A stretch of 64,000 bases of DNA from contig OZ024742.1 in assembly GCA_964016885.1 (NCBI GenBank), positions 333,374,001 through 333,438,000 of the forward strand, in the 5' to 3' direction. A program made the translations under genes and the position numbers. Positions within the stretch are counted from its first letter, which is position 1. Every line of letters begins with the position of its first letter. Source of the DNA: Eledone cirrhosa. Taxonomy: Eukaryota. This document shows positions 30,751-46,061 of the stretch, one piece after another. A model generated the notes under the pieces. It did no database searches. It saw only the letters and a program-made list of their open reading frames with translations, and had not been told where the DNA came from.

Positions 30751-31010
30751 GCACATTCGAGGTAAACTGTGGAGTAAGCCGGGTTGAAAAGATAGCCCGG
30801 TGAAAGGGCCGTGTCACGATGGATCAAAGCAAAAGAAATGCATTTCCCTGTGGTCTTATTGGGCAGTTCTTGGAACAGCCTCACCAGACGCTAAAGTGCA
30901 TGCACTCTGGGTGACTGAGTGGACCCAAACTTTAATTTATTGTATCTTCGTATCGAAGTCATCGCCATCATCGTCAAATATAAAATTACTTGTATGCATC
31001 TATGCGTGTG

Positions 31011-31049
<39 letters not shown>

Positions 31050-31053
<4 letters not shown>

Positions 31054-31215
31054 CGAAAGAAATGTGGCAAGGAACCAGATGGAGCATAACGCACCAACAT
31101 ACTCAATACTTAAGGTAGTCGAGTGGGTAATAGGAACAAGTATGATCCCGGCGGCTAAGCCCATGCCGTTTCGAAACGGCTTGAGCTCTGCCGTCGGGAT
31201 CATATGTGTTCCTAT
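31050..31215 (-). mobile_element. Family F solo pLTR-like end with fold-back inversion (also 57988-58193, 63150-63361)
   Basis: Three similar copies, each TA-flanked and ending in a palindrome. Confidence 0.7.
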
Positions 31216-31239
31216 ATATCTATCTATATCTCTCTCCCC

Positions 31240-31294
<55 letters not shown>

Positions 31295-31301
<7 letters not shown>

Positions 31302-31918
31302 GAAAATTAGAGTTAATGACTCCAATTGAAACCCTGTAATTATTAAGCTCCAAGTATAAAATACTGAGCCGTATAATAATAATATATATGCAGTAAGAAA
31401 CACAGTAAACCGTGTGTCTAATTTTACAAGGGTTGAAAAAGCACATTTGTTTGAAATGTTTAACCAAGAAGCAGACAGAATGATAAAATAAAATGATATT
31501 ATATTATACAAATCGCCTCAATAACAATTACATCTCTCGGACAGATTATCCCTAATCTGTTTCGCCCTGAGTGTGTTTGCAACAGATAATCCATGGGCAT
31601 CATCAGCGAGAGAATCTGATTAAATGCGACAAACACTATGTACCAACGTTCACATAGAAAGATGAATTTATCACCTCGTGCGCCGCGAGTCAAACGTGGT
31701 AAGCGTGTATTGGATATAAACAACAGTCCAACACACGCAACTTAATAAGCTCAACTTGTGAGGGAGCAGAAATATAAATGAAAATTAGAGTTAATGACTC
31801 CAATTGAAACCCTGTAATTATTAAGCTCCAAGTATAAAATACTGAGCCGTATAATAATAATATATATGCAGTAAGAAACACAGTAAACCGTGTGTCTAAT
31901 TTTACAAGGGTTGAAAAA
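31295..31918 (-). mobile_element. Non-coding 478-nt HHR unit with ~145-bp terminal redundancy (retrozyme-like)
   Basis: 31295-31440 recurs at 31772-31918. Central HHR, TA flanks and no credible ORF. Confidence 0.85.
31533..31613 (-). ncRNA. Canonical type I hammerhead ribozyme
   Basis: UCUCUCG-CUGAUGA-UGCCC..GGGC-GAAA-CAGAUUA GGGA UAAUCUG-UC-CGAGAGA. All three stems pair and the triplet is GUC. Confidence 0.92.
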
Positions 31919-31949
31919 CCACATATATATATATATATATATATTAGAA

Positions 31950-32153
31950 AGTGAGCTTTTTTTACAAAACGAAAAATAACCGAGGTGTCCTACACGAGTG
32001 AAAGTATAAAGAAAAAAAGATGAAATCGAAAATGCAACTGGAGTCTTATTTAAAAAAATATATATATATTTATTTGGTTCCTTTACCGGTTTCGCAGTTC
32101 TTCTGCTTTTCAAAAGTAGACTTCAGATGGAGGGTCTGTGGTTTTTCTCACAT
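31950..32153 (-). mobile_element. Solo pLTR of the Neptune-type element with HHR-like motif (32080-32117)
   Basis: Matches 7060-7250. UUUGAAAA-GCAG AAGAA CUGC-GAAA-CCGG-UA-AAG. Confidence 0.65.
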
Positions 32154-32295
32154 CTATATATATATGAGCACTGTTTTTCTCATATATATATATATGAGCA
32201 CTGATACTAATATATATATATATATATATATATCTGAGCACTAATACTAATATATATATATATATATGTGTGTATATATGCATTTATATATGCAT

Positions 32296-32845
32296 CATGG
32301 TCGGGTCGTTGGCGACTAAACTGGCAACCCCACCAAGGTTTCTTGGTGAGGAGGGTGACTTTGGACATCCTGCAGGACTAAAAACAAAACCTGTCAAAGG
32401 AGCTCTTAAGAGTCAATGGCCATCCAAAATCACCGGGAGAGATGACCCCTTAGCCTTTGTCAAGGCAGAATTTTAGGAGAAGGAAAACTCCGATATAACA
32501 CCTGCAACTCTGATGGTATCCAATGATGTTGACTTGTTCTTCTTTTTGGTAAATATCATCTTGGTTTAGAGAGCGGGACTGGCTTTGTGCAGTGCCTTTG
32601 CTCACTATAAAAGCTTCACGGCACAGGCATTGCTTTATATCTGGAGATCTCTCTGCACTTGTCATCACATGGTACCATGGGCCCAGCACTATGTGTCAAT
32701 AATTGTCACAAGTGTAGTGTTTGTACCAGAGTTTTCAAGTCGCTGGCTGGACTAAAAAGTCACACTCGTTCAGCGCATCGGTAGGGGTTGGCCTACATGG
32801 ATATAAAGTAGTGGCCGTACTCGAAAACGAGTTGGCAGCCACCAT
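32296..32845 (+). mobile_element. ~550-bp non-coding interspersed repeat, RTE 5'-UTR-like
   Basis: Highly similar to 62580-63133. Contains TAGGAGAAGGAAAACTC, which I recall from RTE 5' UTRs. Confidence 0.65.
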
Positions 32846-33639
32846 ATGATTATATACATGCATATGAATATATTTTTACATATACACTTATGAATGAATA
32901 TGTGTGTATATGCATATAAATACATGCATTGATTTCTTATCATTGTTGTTGATTTCTTATTAATCAACATTTTATTACTACCATAAAAATCTTGTATTTA
33001 TATGATTATATTATTCATTGTTTACCTCAATTTTTTAAATGTATATTGTGCAACGTATTTTATTTCTCCTCTTGTACTTGGTCATGTTTGTACATATACA
33101 TTTTTCTGTAACTCTTGTATTTATATTCTCTAATATACGTATCAATAGTTTCTTAATGTGACACAATGATAATAGCTGGCAGAATTGTTAAAGGCTTATC
33201 AACATTTGCGTATAACTATGGTTAACCTCACTCTTTTTTGAGAGAGTGTATTTAGGATTATATTATATCATGATATTCGATTTGTAAGTTGGAAGTATAC
33301 GTTAAAATGGAGATTTGTCTACAATTTCATGTAGGTCGAGAAAACATATACGGGCATCGCCTTTGACATTAATGTTTTTCTGTCGAAGATATTTATTGTT
33401 TAGTTGTAGTTCAGTCCTGGGAAAGCAGAAATCAAATGCGTTACAATCATGACCCTCACCTTTTTCTAGAGCTTAGTGAGTCTTGAACTACATTATTCAA
33501 AGTGTTTCCTCCATTTCCGAGACGTTCGTTTGTTATGTTAAATATATTTAGCCACTATCCCTAACATATAGCCGCTCTATCTGTTGTGGGGAAGTATTCA
33601 AGATGGCTAGGAAGGGTTCTTCTGAGGTTCGATTATTGA

Positions 33640-33962
33640 CGTTGTTGCTGCTGCTGCTACTTTTGTTGTTATGCTTCTTGCTGTTAGCGCTGTTGCTCCT
33701 GTGTTTGCTGTTGTCGTTGCTGTTGTTATCATTGTTTCAGTTGTAGCTGTTGTTTTGATGATGTGATTTTGATGATCTAATAGCTACTGTTTCACTGATT
33801 TGTTTTTAGTTGATGGCATTGATGTTGTTAATCTAGCTGCTATTACTGCTGGTGATGTTGTTGTTGTTACTGCAGTTGGTATCATCATTGTCATCACTGC
33901 TGGCACGGTATTTGTTGGTGTAGTTGGTGTTGCTGTTGCTCCAATTGTTAATGCTGTTGTTA
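33640..33962. repeat. Degenerate (GTT/GCT)n trinucleotide repeat
   Basis: Direct inspection. Confidence 0.8.
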
Positions 33963-35714
33963 TGAAGTTTCTCGCTAATATGAATCAACTATGAATTTGT
34001 TGTAAACAAAATAGTTCATCTCTTTTCAATTAGACGGAGTTATTCTTCAACTGAAGTGGATTCTACAGAAAGACATGATTCTACATAAATTGTACTGCCT
34101 CCAGGGCACTTACTGCATCAATTTGAATAATGTGTTACCGATTGGTTGAGGAAGAGAATGTGCCACCCAACATGTTCATCGCTTCGGTTGAATCATCGAT
34201 TGAAATCTAAATGAAGCGTACTGAAGTGCTAGTCTCGAGCTTTGGCTGTCTTGCCACATACACGAGTTATAGACAGCGTATTTTTACTTTGCTATATTTG
34301 TTCCACCAGATGAGAAGAATAAGATTTCTAAAAATGCTCCAGGTATTTTTCGATTTCACTTTTCTCTCTTTCCATCTCACCAAATTTCTTCAGAAGAGAG
34401 ATAAAAAAAATTAAGCATGCATTTTTAATCAACAGTTGTATCTCATTTGTATTACTCTTTCTATATTGATCTTTCTCTCTTTCTCTTTCATGCTCTACAT
34501 GGCCGTAGGGTTAAGAAGACTTCGTTTCAATCTCATTTGTTGATACTACGATACCAGGTTCGATAAGACTCCACATAACTTTCCGCAAAAGTGATCTACT
34601 TCAATATCAGGTCGAAAAGAGTGTCAGTAAACATTGGGTAAATATACATATATTATATATGCATGTATATATATATATATGTATATATGTATGTAGGTGT
34701 GTGTGTAATACATTAGTGATATGTCTTTCTGAAAGCCGGTACAGTGCGACAGAAATATATAAAGGGTAAAGGAGGTTCAATAAAACAAAATAAAATTAAA
34801 AAAAACAACGATGTGTTCTTGAGTCCAAGTGTCTGGATTGCTTGCGTGGATCAGTTATAGAAGCAACTATTCTTCCTGCAGCTCTGGTGTATTTTTTATT
34901 TGCGGTATTTTTATGTTGATGCTTAGAGGCTTTTTATTGCTTAAATTCTTCATCAGGAAGTGGAGTACTGTTGGTTGTTGTAACTGTTTCCTTCAGTGTA
35001 AATTTATTGTCCACTAATATTTATAAATTTCGTTTTGTTTTGTGGTGTAAGTTTATTTGCGTATGTAACAGTTGGAGTCATGATATTTATATCTTTCATT
35101 TTTACAATGAAATTTCTAATTATTTCTTCCTTTCACATGTTTCGGGTTTGTTGTCAAGGAGGTATCTGATTTTAAGTTCTTCTCCTAGTGTATTATATCC
35201 TGTCTTTTCTGTTCGGTTATGTAATTGTGTGTTTCACCACCCACACACACTATATATATATATATATATATATTAATATGTATATATATATATTATATAT
35301 ATATTATATATTATATATTATATATATATATATATAGTATATATATATTATCTATATATATAATATAATATATAAATATTTAATATACAAATGGCTTCTA
35401 CGGGATTGGAACTGTTTCATTCGAATGAAACAGTTCTCGTCAGGTAGAAGCCATTTCTATATTAAATATTTATACTCTACTATGTATTGTGTACCTTACT
35501 TACCGTGATTACCCCCCAGGCATATATAAATATACAGAGAGAGACAGAGATAGAGAGAGGGAGAGATGTGTGTATATGACAATATTTACGTATAACATAT
35601 TGCCTTCCATTCCTATATCCATACCTCTCTCTAGAATCTTCATTTCCATTATGTGTCCCTCTCTTGGATAGATATAGATCGACGGGAATTTCCATCCCTC
35701 CCACCTCTCTCTCT

Positions 35715-35786
<72 letters not shown>

Positions 35787-36639
35787 TTATCAATTACTCC
35801 ACGACAATTTATTTTTCTTGCCCCTGGTCACCAATCTCGGCTTTTCTTTCTGTTATATTGTTGTTGATGCTGTTATATTTACTCACAAGTGAAGACCCAA
35901 TTTTTAAAAAGTGCTGAAGTCACTGGAAAATCAATGTTGCTTTGGTAATTTTACTCGTTAGGTCTCCAGCTCCTCTTTATTAAGAACACATCTACATTTA
36001 CAATATATTTCCTTTCATACAGAAGCACACACACATGTTCGGATACATGGGCGCACACAGATGTTCCAGGACACACAGACACACATAGGGCACTCAGCAG
36101 TGCATAAAAAGACACAGTACACACAAATATATGCAGACATACACACACGCGAATTTCGGGAAAAACATATACACTCAACAAAAACATATTTCCGGTTATA
36201 TATCTTACATCATACACATAACTCACATAATTACACAGAAAAAAAAAACTTGCCAAGAGATAATCTTTTTACATACATACCTTAAAATATATATGCGCAA
36301 TTCCTCATAACCGAACCTACGAGAAAACGTACTAAAACACATGGTGTTGTATACATATATAAATAGTCATATACAACGTATATATAACATATTAAACGTA
36401 TATTAAACATGCGTGTGTGCATAACATGACATCGTGAGATTGATATATATATATACTGAAGCATTAGTGCGACAGAAACTCGAGTCCGGGAACCATTATA
36501 GGCACCCGTGTTACGTGTGTTGTGTTGAGACAAATAACTATGTGTATATTCTGGAAATGTATCTTACATTGCCCATGGAGTACGCTAAGATATATATATA
36601 GTACTGGCATTGGTAAATATGTTGGGTCCTTCAACTCCT

Positions 36640-36729
<90 letters not shown>

Positions 36730-36805
36730 TAAAATAACAGATTAAAGTTGTAAGCAAAGAATCGCTGTTTCACCCTTAATGGGATCTTCTATTATTACTA
36801 TATTA

Positions 36806-36836
<31 letters not shown>

Positions 36837-36856
36837 GTCTTCAACTATATTATTAT

Positions 36857-36899
<43 letters not shown>

Positions 36900-37391
36900 G
36901 TATATATAGGCACTTTATATCAATCAAGTAGTTACACATACAAATCTGTCTATCACTTCACATAATACATATATTACACGCCCTCACACACGACACCCAT
37001 TAAAACTTGACATTAGATTACAATTGTTTACACGCACAGCTACACACACACTTCATCACATTAATTTTCCATGCATAACAACATAAAAAAATATTTGCAA
37101 ACATTTTTCTAAAGTTCGACATATATCATCGCTCTAAATTCCGGAAACGTAGCGTGTTTCTCTGTTAGAAGTTAATTCCTTCCGTATAAGAATTTCAATA
37201 ATTAAAAGAAACATATCATCCATAGTAAGCTGCATAAAGAGTATGTACATATAGACAACTATCGCATATAAGCATTTACATAGGTCAAAATATAGAGATT
37301 AACATACAATGATTACATATATCATATGTACATATTTTGAAACATTTCGTACACACACACACACACACACATAAATATATGTGTGTGTGAA

Positions 37392-37500
37392 GGCGCGAGG
37401 CAGAGTGGTTAGATAATTGGTTTCACAATCGTGAGGTTGTGAGTTCGATTCCCGGACCGGGCGATGCCTTATGTCCTTCAGCAAGACACTTTATTGAACA
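37392..37500 (+). mobile_element. tRNA-derived SINE head with CORE-like segment
   Basis: A-box-like AGGCAGAGTGG and B-box GAGTTCGATTCCC, then GTCCTTCAGCAAGACACTT (similar at 41749-41770). Confidence 0.65.
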
Positions 37501-38529
37501 TTTCTCCTCCTACCTAGTGTTGCGACCGATGGATAGTATTAGCTATTGGAAAGACCAATAGAAGCATTTATTGCTCAGTCCGCTTTGACTAAAGACGATC
37601 GACTGTCGATATATATAAGGTTAGCAGTAGAATTGCAGTAAAAAATTGATTGTGATATCGTTTCCGACTTTTTACTTTGAGTTCAAATCCTGGCTATATA
37701 CATTTAATTCGCAAGTATAAATGATTTGATGATGCTATTATCGACTATTATCGCTTCACTACGTTATAAAGGAGAATTAAGGTGTTGGCAGTGATTAGAA
37801 TGTAGCATTGCATGTATATTATTAATATTCCCGCCCACAAAAAAAGCTGGCCTTGTTTAAAGATGTGAATACATTACTATTAATAATATTATTATTATGA
37901 ATTTGATATTTCTCATTGATCTTATTTAACCGAAAAATTTGCCCTAGTGAACATAAAACCACTACCCGTTAAATATTCAGGACATATCAGAGGATCCTTG
38001 CTGTTTTCAGTAGACATTTCATTTGAAGTATTGCAAAATAGATGACTGAGCCGATGGTTTTTAGCCAGCCTTGAAAATTCAACGAGAGTATACATAGTGC
38101 ACCTATAATGATGGACACGACCATGAAATCTTTTTTGTTTCCACTTTTGCTTCTAGTACACGGTAATTTTCTCCTCGTTTTCTTGCAATCTCATGTAAAA
38201 CGAGCAGATACGATCTATTATAACGGAAGATCGCTTTTCCTTGTGAAAAACCACAATGTCCGGTCTAATGTTTCCTAAATATTTACCTGTTTTGTATCCT
38301 GAAATCACACAACAGCTTTTTCACTCACTGTGGTCTATATTCATATTAATTCTCAGAGTGTGATAAATCATTCAGTTTGCATAATTGCCAGTCCAATTGC
38401 ATAATGTGATCCAATTGCATAATTGGATCACATTTTATATGCTTCATGTCTCCAAACTATATAATGAGTCTGGGCTAGGTGTTTACACTCGGATATTATG
38501 TGATCCCCATTGTTATTATCAATGAGGAC

Positions 38530-38755
38530 GGTGGATAGCAGTATCGTTAGAGCGTTGGGCAACATACTTTGCGGCACATAGTTACAGTGATTTACACTCT
38601 GAGTTCAAATTCCATCTATGTTAACTTTGCCGTTCATCCTAAGGTGGTCAACAAATTAAAATATCAGTAAAGCTCTGGTGTCACTTTATTCGACTTTCTT
38701 CCTCCCCTTCAAATTGCTGACCTTCAGTGAAATATAAAAAAGTTATTATTACTAT
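38530..38755 (+). mobile_element. tRNA-derived SINE, diverged
   Basis: GAGTTCAAATTCC..AACTTTGCCGTTCATCCT as in 52670-52853. Further decayed copies near 10210, 42650, 43020, 44630 and 45495. Confidence 0.65.
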
Positions 38756-39282
38756 TATATGATAACTATGATGGTAAAGTTTGTCACTTGGCTCAAGTCC
38801 AGTAATGTGTAGTATTGACATAGCAATTTTATAAGCTATTTTGAAGAAATGCTGTTAAGTGAATATTAAAGTGGTAGATATCATTGTATATTTTGTGTGG
38901 AGGTGTGTGTGCGTGCACCCGCGCATGTGTGTGTATGTGGGTGTGTGTTCGTGTGCGCGTGCTTGGCTGCTTGTGTGAGTATGTGTAGGTGTTTTTTGTT
39001 TGGCTGTGCAAAGGGGTGAAGTTTGGGTGTTGGACTACGACGGAGTTAGCTCTTGTGAGTGTTCAGTTGAATGGTTAGCCTCGCGTGAACTTACAGACGT
39101 AGGGAGCTGTAAAGACATGTATATGAAATTCTGCGTAGAAATATACACAGACGTAGATGCAAAGGATTTTAAAGAATGGGAGACGGCAGCAAATATGTTC
39201 GTATCCTTACATATTCCATTTCGTGGTATGGCCTTAAATGCTCTGCAGACCAAAATACGGGAAACTATCACATATAGGGCGT

Positions 39283-39440
39283 AGTGGAGAGGAAATTCAA
39301 TGAACGCCCCCGTAACACTATAAACTCCCTGAAATCCGCCATAACTAGCACAATGTCCAAAGTAAATAAAGTCCATCTGAATCGAATATGTAAACTTTTC
39401 AGATCTCGTGTTGAATCAATATTCAATACGATGCATTCAT
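39283..39440 (+). pseudogene. Tc1/mariner-superfamily transposase C-terminal relic
   Basis: VERKFNERPRNTINSLKSAI..M....LNRICKLFRSRVESI. Confidence 0.55.
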
Positions 39441-39504
39441 TAAGCAGATGCGACAAGATTTTTCATTGGAATTCAGACATCAACTTGGTAGATTTGCACG
39501 TATG

Positions 39505-39765
<261 letters not shown>

Positions 39766-40130
39766 GGGTGGATGTGTGCCCGCGCCGCGTGTGTCTGTGT
39801 GTTTGCAGGTATTACTGTTTTGCACGTGTAGATTTGAGTTCTGAGTTATATTTATACGTGCCTATGTTTCTCTCTTTGTACATGTGTATATGCAGTTATT
39901 ACATGCTGATTTTATGAAAAGATTTACGTATTCTTTCAGTTCCATCGATGGATTTTAATTACAACTTCCTAACTATCCATGCCCTTTCTGGTTCTGTGAA
40001 GCCCATTTTCTCAAGTTCTTTTCTGTTACAAGTATTAACACATTCCAGTGCCACAATGATCACAAGTATGTATGTACTATATATACACAGTGTATGTGTA
40101 TATATGTACAGTGGTATATATATATATATA

Positions 40131-40294
40131 ATAATTAAATCAAATATGTAAAATTTGGCTTCGTTTACAAATTTTACCTATTTGACTTAATTATTTTACA
40201 TTACTCCGGAGTAAACAAACCAACCAGCCCACTTTGTCAAGTGGTCCAATCTGCATACTGAGGTGTCGGTAAACAACCAACATATACTCAAAAT
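40131..40294 (+). mobile_element. Solo family-1 pLTR 3' end with short 5' inversion
   Basis: Reverse complement of 29204-29335, TA-flanked. Confidence 0.75.
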
Positions 40295-40445
40295 TTATAT
40301 ATATATATATATAGTTATGTAATAAACAACAAAAGATAATTATATCATTTACCAGTGGTTTCTTGAAAGCAAACAAAATTTGCTTTCATTCATCAGAATG
40401 AAAAAATCCTGGTGTATTTATTTTTATTAATTTTTTACGACACCT

Positions 40446-40610
<165 letters not shown>

Positions 40611-40826
40611 ATAATAATAAATTTGAAGACTAAAATCCAAAGAGGGCTCGATAAGGATAAATATATATGAGATATATAAGAACCGTAGAGCAAATATTTA
40701 TTAAAATAACAGATTAAAGATTAAGCAAAGAATCGCTGCTTTCGCCCTTAACGTTTCAGAAGATCCTGTTAAGGGTGAAAGCAGCGATTCTTTGCTTAAA
40801 CTTTAATCTGTTATTTTAATTAATAA

Positions 40827-40905
<79 letters not shown>

Positions 40906-41185
40906 AGTTGTCGTAAAAATTGAATAAGTATGTGTATACATTTTTGGGTGACACCCTGTATATGTATATATATATATATATAATGTGTGTGTGTGTGTGT
41001 AGTATTTTATATGTACGTTAAATCTGATGATTCATTCAGTTATAAATTTGTGTTTTCCATAGTCTATTCTTTCAAGCGACGAATCGAAATACACATGTAA
41101 TGAGTAGATATATTTTCTACCCCGAAATGCCATATATATGGGTGTCTATTTAGCCAAATGTTGAAGTATTTCAACATCTATCGTA

Positions 41186-41680
<495 letters not shown>

Positions 41681-44600
41681 TATAGTTTTTTTAAAATAGA
41701 CAGAAGAAAAGGCGTGAGAAATAGAGGGGTCGATCCAGACTGCCAGATGTCCTTGAGCAAGACATTTATTTCATGTTGCTCCAGTGGTGTTTAATACTGC
41801 CGCACTGAATCTCCTTTGTGAATAACATTATTGCAAGGTTTCTTTATGGAATGTTAATTTTGTTGTTCGTTAATTTCGTGAGCATGCAGTTAGAAATAAA
41901 CAATTACTTGGAACATACCTCGTCAGAACCAATCGAGGACCCCCTCCCCCAGACACACACACGCGCGCAGACTTACATGCAGAAAATGAGAGTGATCTAC
42001 ACAGCTAGGTAAGTAGCCAGTCTGATAAATAGGTATTTAATTAGTTATCAGTCAGTCAGTTAGTTAGCTAAGCAATACGTAGCTAGTCAATACGTAGCTG
42101 GTTTAGTGAGAAGAGTGGGTTGTAAGTAATTATGCAGATACAGAGATAATTGAGAAATACAATAGCGAAATAGAATCTGAAAGTAATTAAATTTTGAGTG
42201 GAAACGGTGAAAACAGAGAAGTGGTATCTGGAATTTTGAATTGTCTAGACAAACTGTATATTAAACACAGATATTAATGGTGGTCTGTTGCATTGTTGAC
42301 AGACTGTTGATATCTAATCTGGGTACTGGTGTTATTTTGTTTGCATGCGTGCTTATTGTTGTTTAATAGCACCTGGTTTTGTCAAGGAATCTGTAATTAA
42401 GAGATACATACATAGAATACATTCACACATACATGCATACACACACTCTATCTCTCCCACTTTGACATATACGCACACGGATTGGCATGTATAGTGAATG
42501 GACTTTCTTAAAAGTACGCACTACCATATGTAATATGCCTGTGCGCCATATTGTAAACATTCAAATTATTTTTATGTAATACCAGCAACATCAAAACAAT
42601 AATAAACAGAACATTCACGGTTTCTAATTTAGACAGAAGGTCAACATTTGTGGCTACTTGATTTTGTCGACAGTATAGGACAGGTACCTAATATTTTCAA
42701 CACTTGAAGGATGAAAGCAAAGTTGAAATTCGGCGTGATTTGAACTCAGAACACAGAAAAAGCGTTACAAAGTGCCGCTAAGCTGTTTGTCCGAAGCTCT
42801 AAGGATTCTACCACTCATTCTTTTCTTATTAACCACATGGATACAAACGTTGAGGACAGTATAGAGAACAATAACTAAAACCTTTCGGTGATTTTCGATG
42901 AGTATGATTGTGAATTAAGCAATAACAAGAACACATTAAACAATATGCATTAATACTAGAACCAGAACAAGGAAAAAGGGGAATGCCAAAAACATTAACC
43001 CAATGCTTCAATGGCAACTTATTTTATTGATCCCGGAAGAATGTAAAGACTAAGTTGAGCTGGGGAGCATTAGAAATCAGAATGAAAATGACCAAAACTG
43101 GATGCGTCAAACCCCGTTGGCCGACTCACTAACCATTCTGCCAATTCAAACGCTTTAATGATACAGCAAATAACTCAGATTAAAGAAGGAATCTATATGA
43201 AGCAGCAATCGTTGGTGAGAAACTATACGAAATGATTTCAAGCACCGTAGGCACAATCTAGATTTATCTGATACACGAAAGACAAACCTTACACCAGTTT
43301 TTGATGAGTGCTAATAACCACATTTTTAATGTGGGCCCGTTTAGTCATGACATATTCAGAACTCTTACTCACATTTTATGAAATTAAATGGTGGCAGGGA
43401 CCTCCATTTCTACCCATACCTTCCGTTTTAAAGCATTGTCTTTTAGCTAACGTAAATCTGATGATAAATAGTGGCCTAGAAATATAGGAAACGATAGGGA
43501 TTCCACAAGCTAGGGCCTATCAAGTGCTCCACTGATTTATGATTACGTTGCTAACAATGTCAAGTGCTTTCTATGTGCATCCTCTTTCTACATGCTCATA
43601 CTGAGAAAAAGCTCATTCAAGCATATATTTCTCAATTTTAGGAAAACACATCTTTCTCCACGCATCTTTCTTCCCCGTTAATCACTATGGAAGTAAACTG
43701 ATGAGCGCTTTGCTGAAGATGAAATTATATATCCACAGTCCTTTCAATTTTATTCACGACACAAGAGGTTTAACGTATCCTCAAGGCCAAGGTTGGTGTT
43801 CAAACGATTAATATGGTGAACGCAGCTGATAAATTCATACGTTCTTCATGTGTCAATAACCTTTCACAAAAGTTTCGAAAGCCAGAAATCTGAGGGTACT
43901 GTATCAAAGAGTGCAGAACGTTTAGAGAATTTAAGTCGGGTGTGAGCACATATTTTGTGCATTGGGCAGCATATGATGCATTTCTTCATAAGGCGTGCCG
44001 CACATCTAAAAAATCAAGGCAAGTTTGAAATTAGGCGTGTCTTTCAGATCTTGTCGATCATTTCCCTTGCTTGCCTTCTTTCTCAACAATATCACACATT
44101 TTGCTGCTTATGCTTAATTTTATAGCCGCATGTTCTGATAAACATCTATGAAGAGAGAGGATAAATATCCTCCTATATAGCAATAAATTTTGTTAGGAAT
44201 ATTATCAACTTTTGGTGTCTTTCACGTAGTGATATATGACGTCCTCTGTTTTGGAGCTGAAATCAGATTTTCGTCACATACACTACATTTTCATATTTGC
44301 GGTAGACTAATTTGCAAATTCCATGTTAATAGAATCAGTTGTTTTGAAATAAACTGTGTTAAAATTTCACGGATAGAAGGTCAAATAATGTGAGTTATTT
44401 ACTAAGGCCTGGAATAACAGTTTAGCCGGAAAATAATGTTTAATCGGGGCTTTGCATATTTATTCACTGACTGGGAAAACATTATTACAATTAACCCCTT
44501 ATATTGTTCATTTATAGTGAATGGAGATGAATATTAATGATAAAAACTTGTTGGTCTGCTTAAAGAGGATTAACTGATATAACTAAAATAGCTCATTACA

Positions 44601-45636
44601 AATTGCGTAATAGCATCTGCCGAGTAAACATTTGGATTGGCATGTTCGTTAAAGCGTACGACAAAACGATTTACGTTATTTGTTCCGACTCTCTCCGTTC
44701 AAATCCCACCGCCGTGAAACTCTCCTTTCATTCTTTTAAATGAATTACCAGCTATGTTCTGGGCTTGATTAAATCAACAGTGCTGCACATCCTGTAAAGG
44801 CTTTGTGTCTATGTTATGATATTATTGTATCAATCAATTATAGTTTGATGTGTGCAGAACTAAATAAAGAGCCATTAGAAATGATTCAGAGACATCTTGA
44901 TCTTCTCAGCATCTCAATATTGATGAATACTCCTACGGATGTTACTTGATCGAACAACTGAATGCCTATTATATGAAAAAACATGTATTTGTTTGAGTAA
45001 TCCACAAACGTAATTCTCAGACTGAATCAGCATCAAATGCTTTCACAAGGCACGACTATTGAATTGCAGGTACAATATATATGTATATATATATATGTTT
45101 AGATTCCGTACAGCTGGCTATCCAATTCCTTTATCACGTTTATGTCGACTGAATGTTATGGAAAAAGAGTTGCCCAATATGTCACGCGAGATAGAACTAG
45201 CGTTCAGATGATTCTCATTTATTTTAAAATATTTTTAAAACAATCAGCCATGTCTACGCCCTCGTTCCATGGTATGTACGAGTGTAGCTCGATCTATAAA
45301 CAATTTTGGAAATCTAGATAAAATATGTGTGGAATTTTTGTTTCGAACAATGTCGTTCTTCAGGCTTCGGTTATAAAGACTTGATTAAAGTTAAAGTATG
45401 AAAAATGACTACAAACAATATATATATGAAGCAATAATCGGCATATATTTGCAACAAACTCTACTGTATTCGACTAAATCACTCAAAACTGGATTGGTAT
45501 TTGTTTCACCGACTCAGGAAGGAAGAACGGAAACGTTGACTTCGGTAGAATTTGAAATCAAAGCATAAAGACTGCTACAAAGCACTTTGCCAGATGTCCT
45601 AATGATTCTGCCAATCCTCTCTTCATAATAATATTG

Positions 45637-45682
<46 letters not shown>

Positions 45683-46061
45683 GGCGACCTACGTAGTAAA
45701 TCGTATCATCGTGACCTCCGCAAAAGGTTTGTTATTTCCGTTTGTTAAAAATTGTCATTTATGGAAAATGTTATTGTTAACTGTTTATAAGCGCACATAC
45801 ATTGTTTTTCGAAAAGGACACCCGAAAAGATTGGGGCCTTGTGCCCAAAATTTAAACTTTTATTATTATCAAAAAAATGTCTTTGAAAAAAATGGCTAAT
45901 TCACCTCTGCACGAAGCAGCTGAAAGCCTTCCTCACAAATTAACACCTCACACCGACACCACCATTGTAAATGTTACTACGTTTGCCAACACAAAAAAAA
46001 TATAAGCACTAGCAATATTTTAAATTTGTCTCATGCAGACATTCATTTCCCGCCATTACCA

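Noticed and set aside
37392-37465. Possible tRNA gene
   Set aside because: It does not form a full cloverleaf and continues into SINE body sequence.
43300-44400. Possible decayed DNA transposon
   Set aside because: I could not read convincing transposase motifs.
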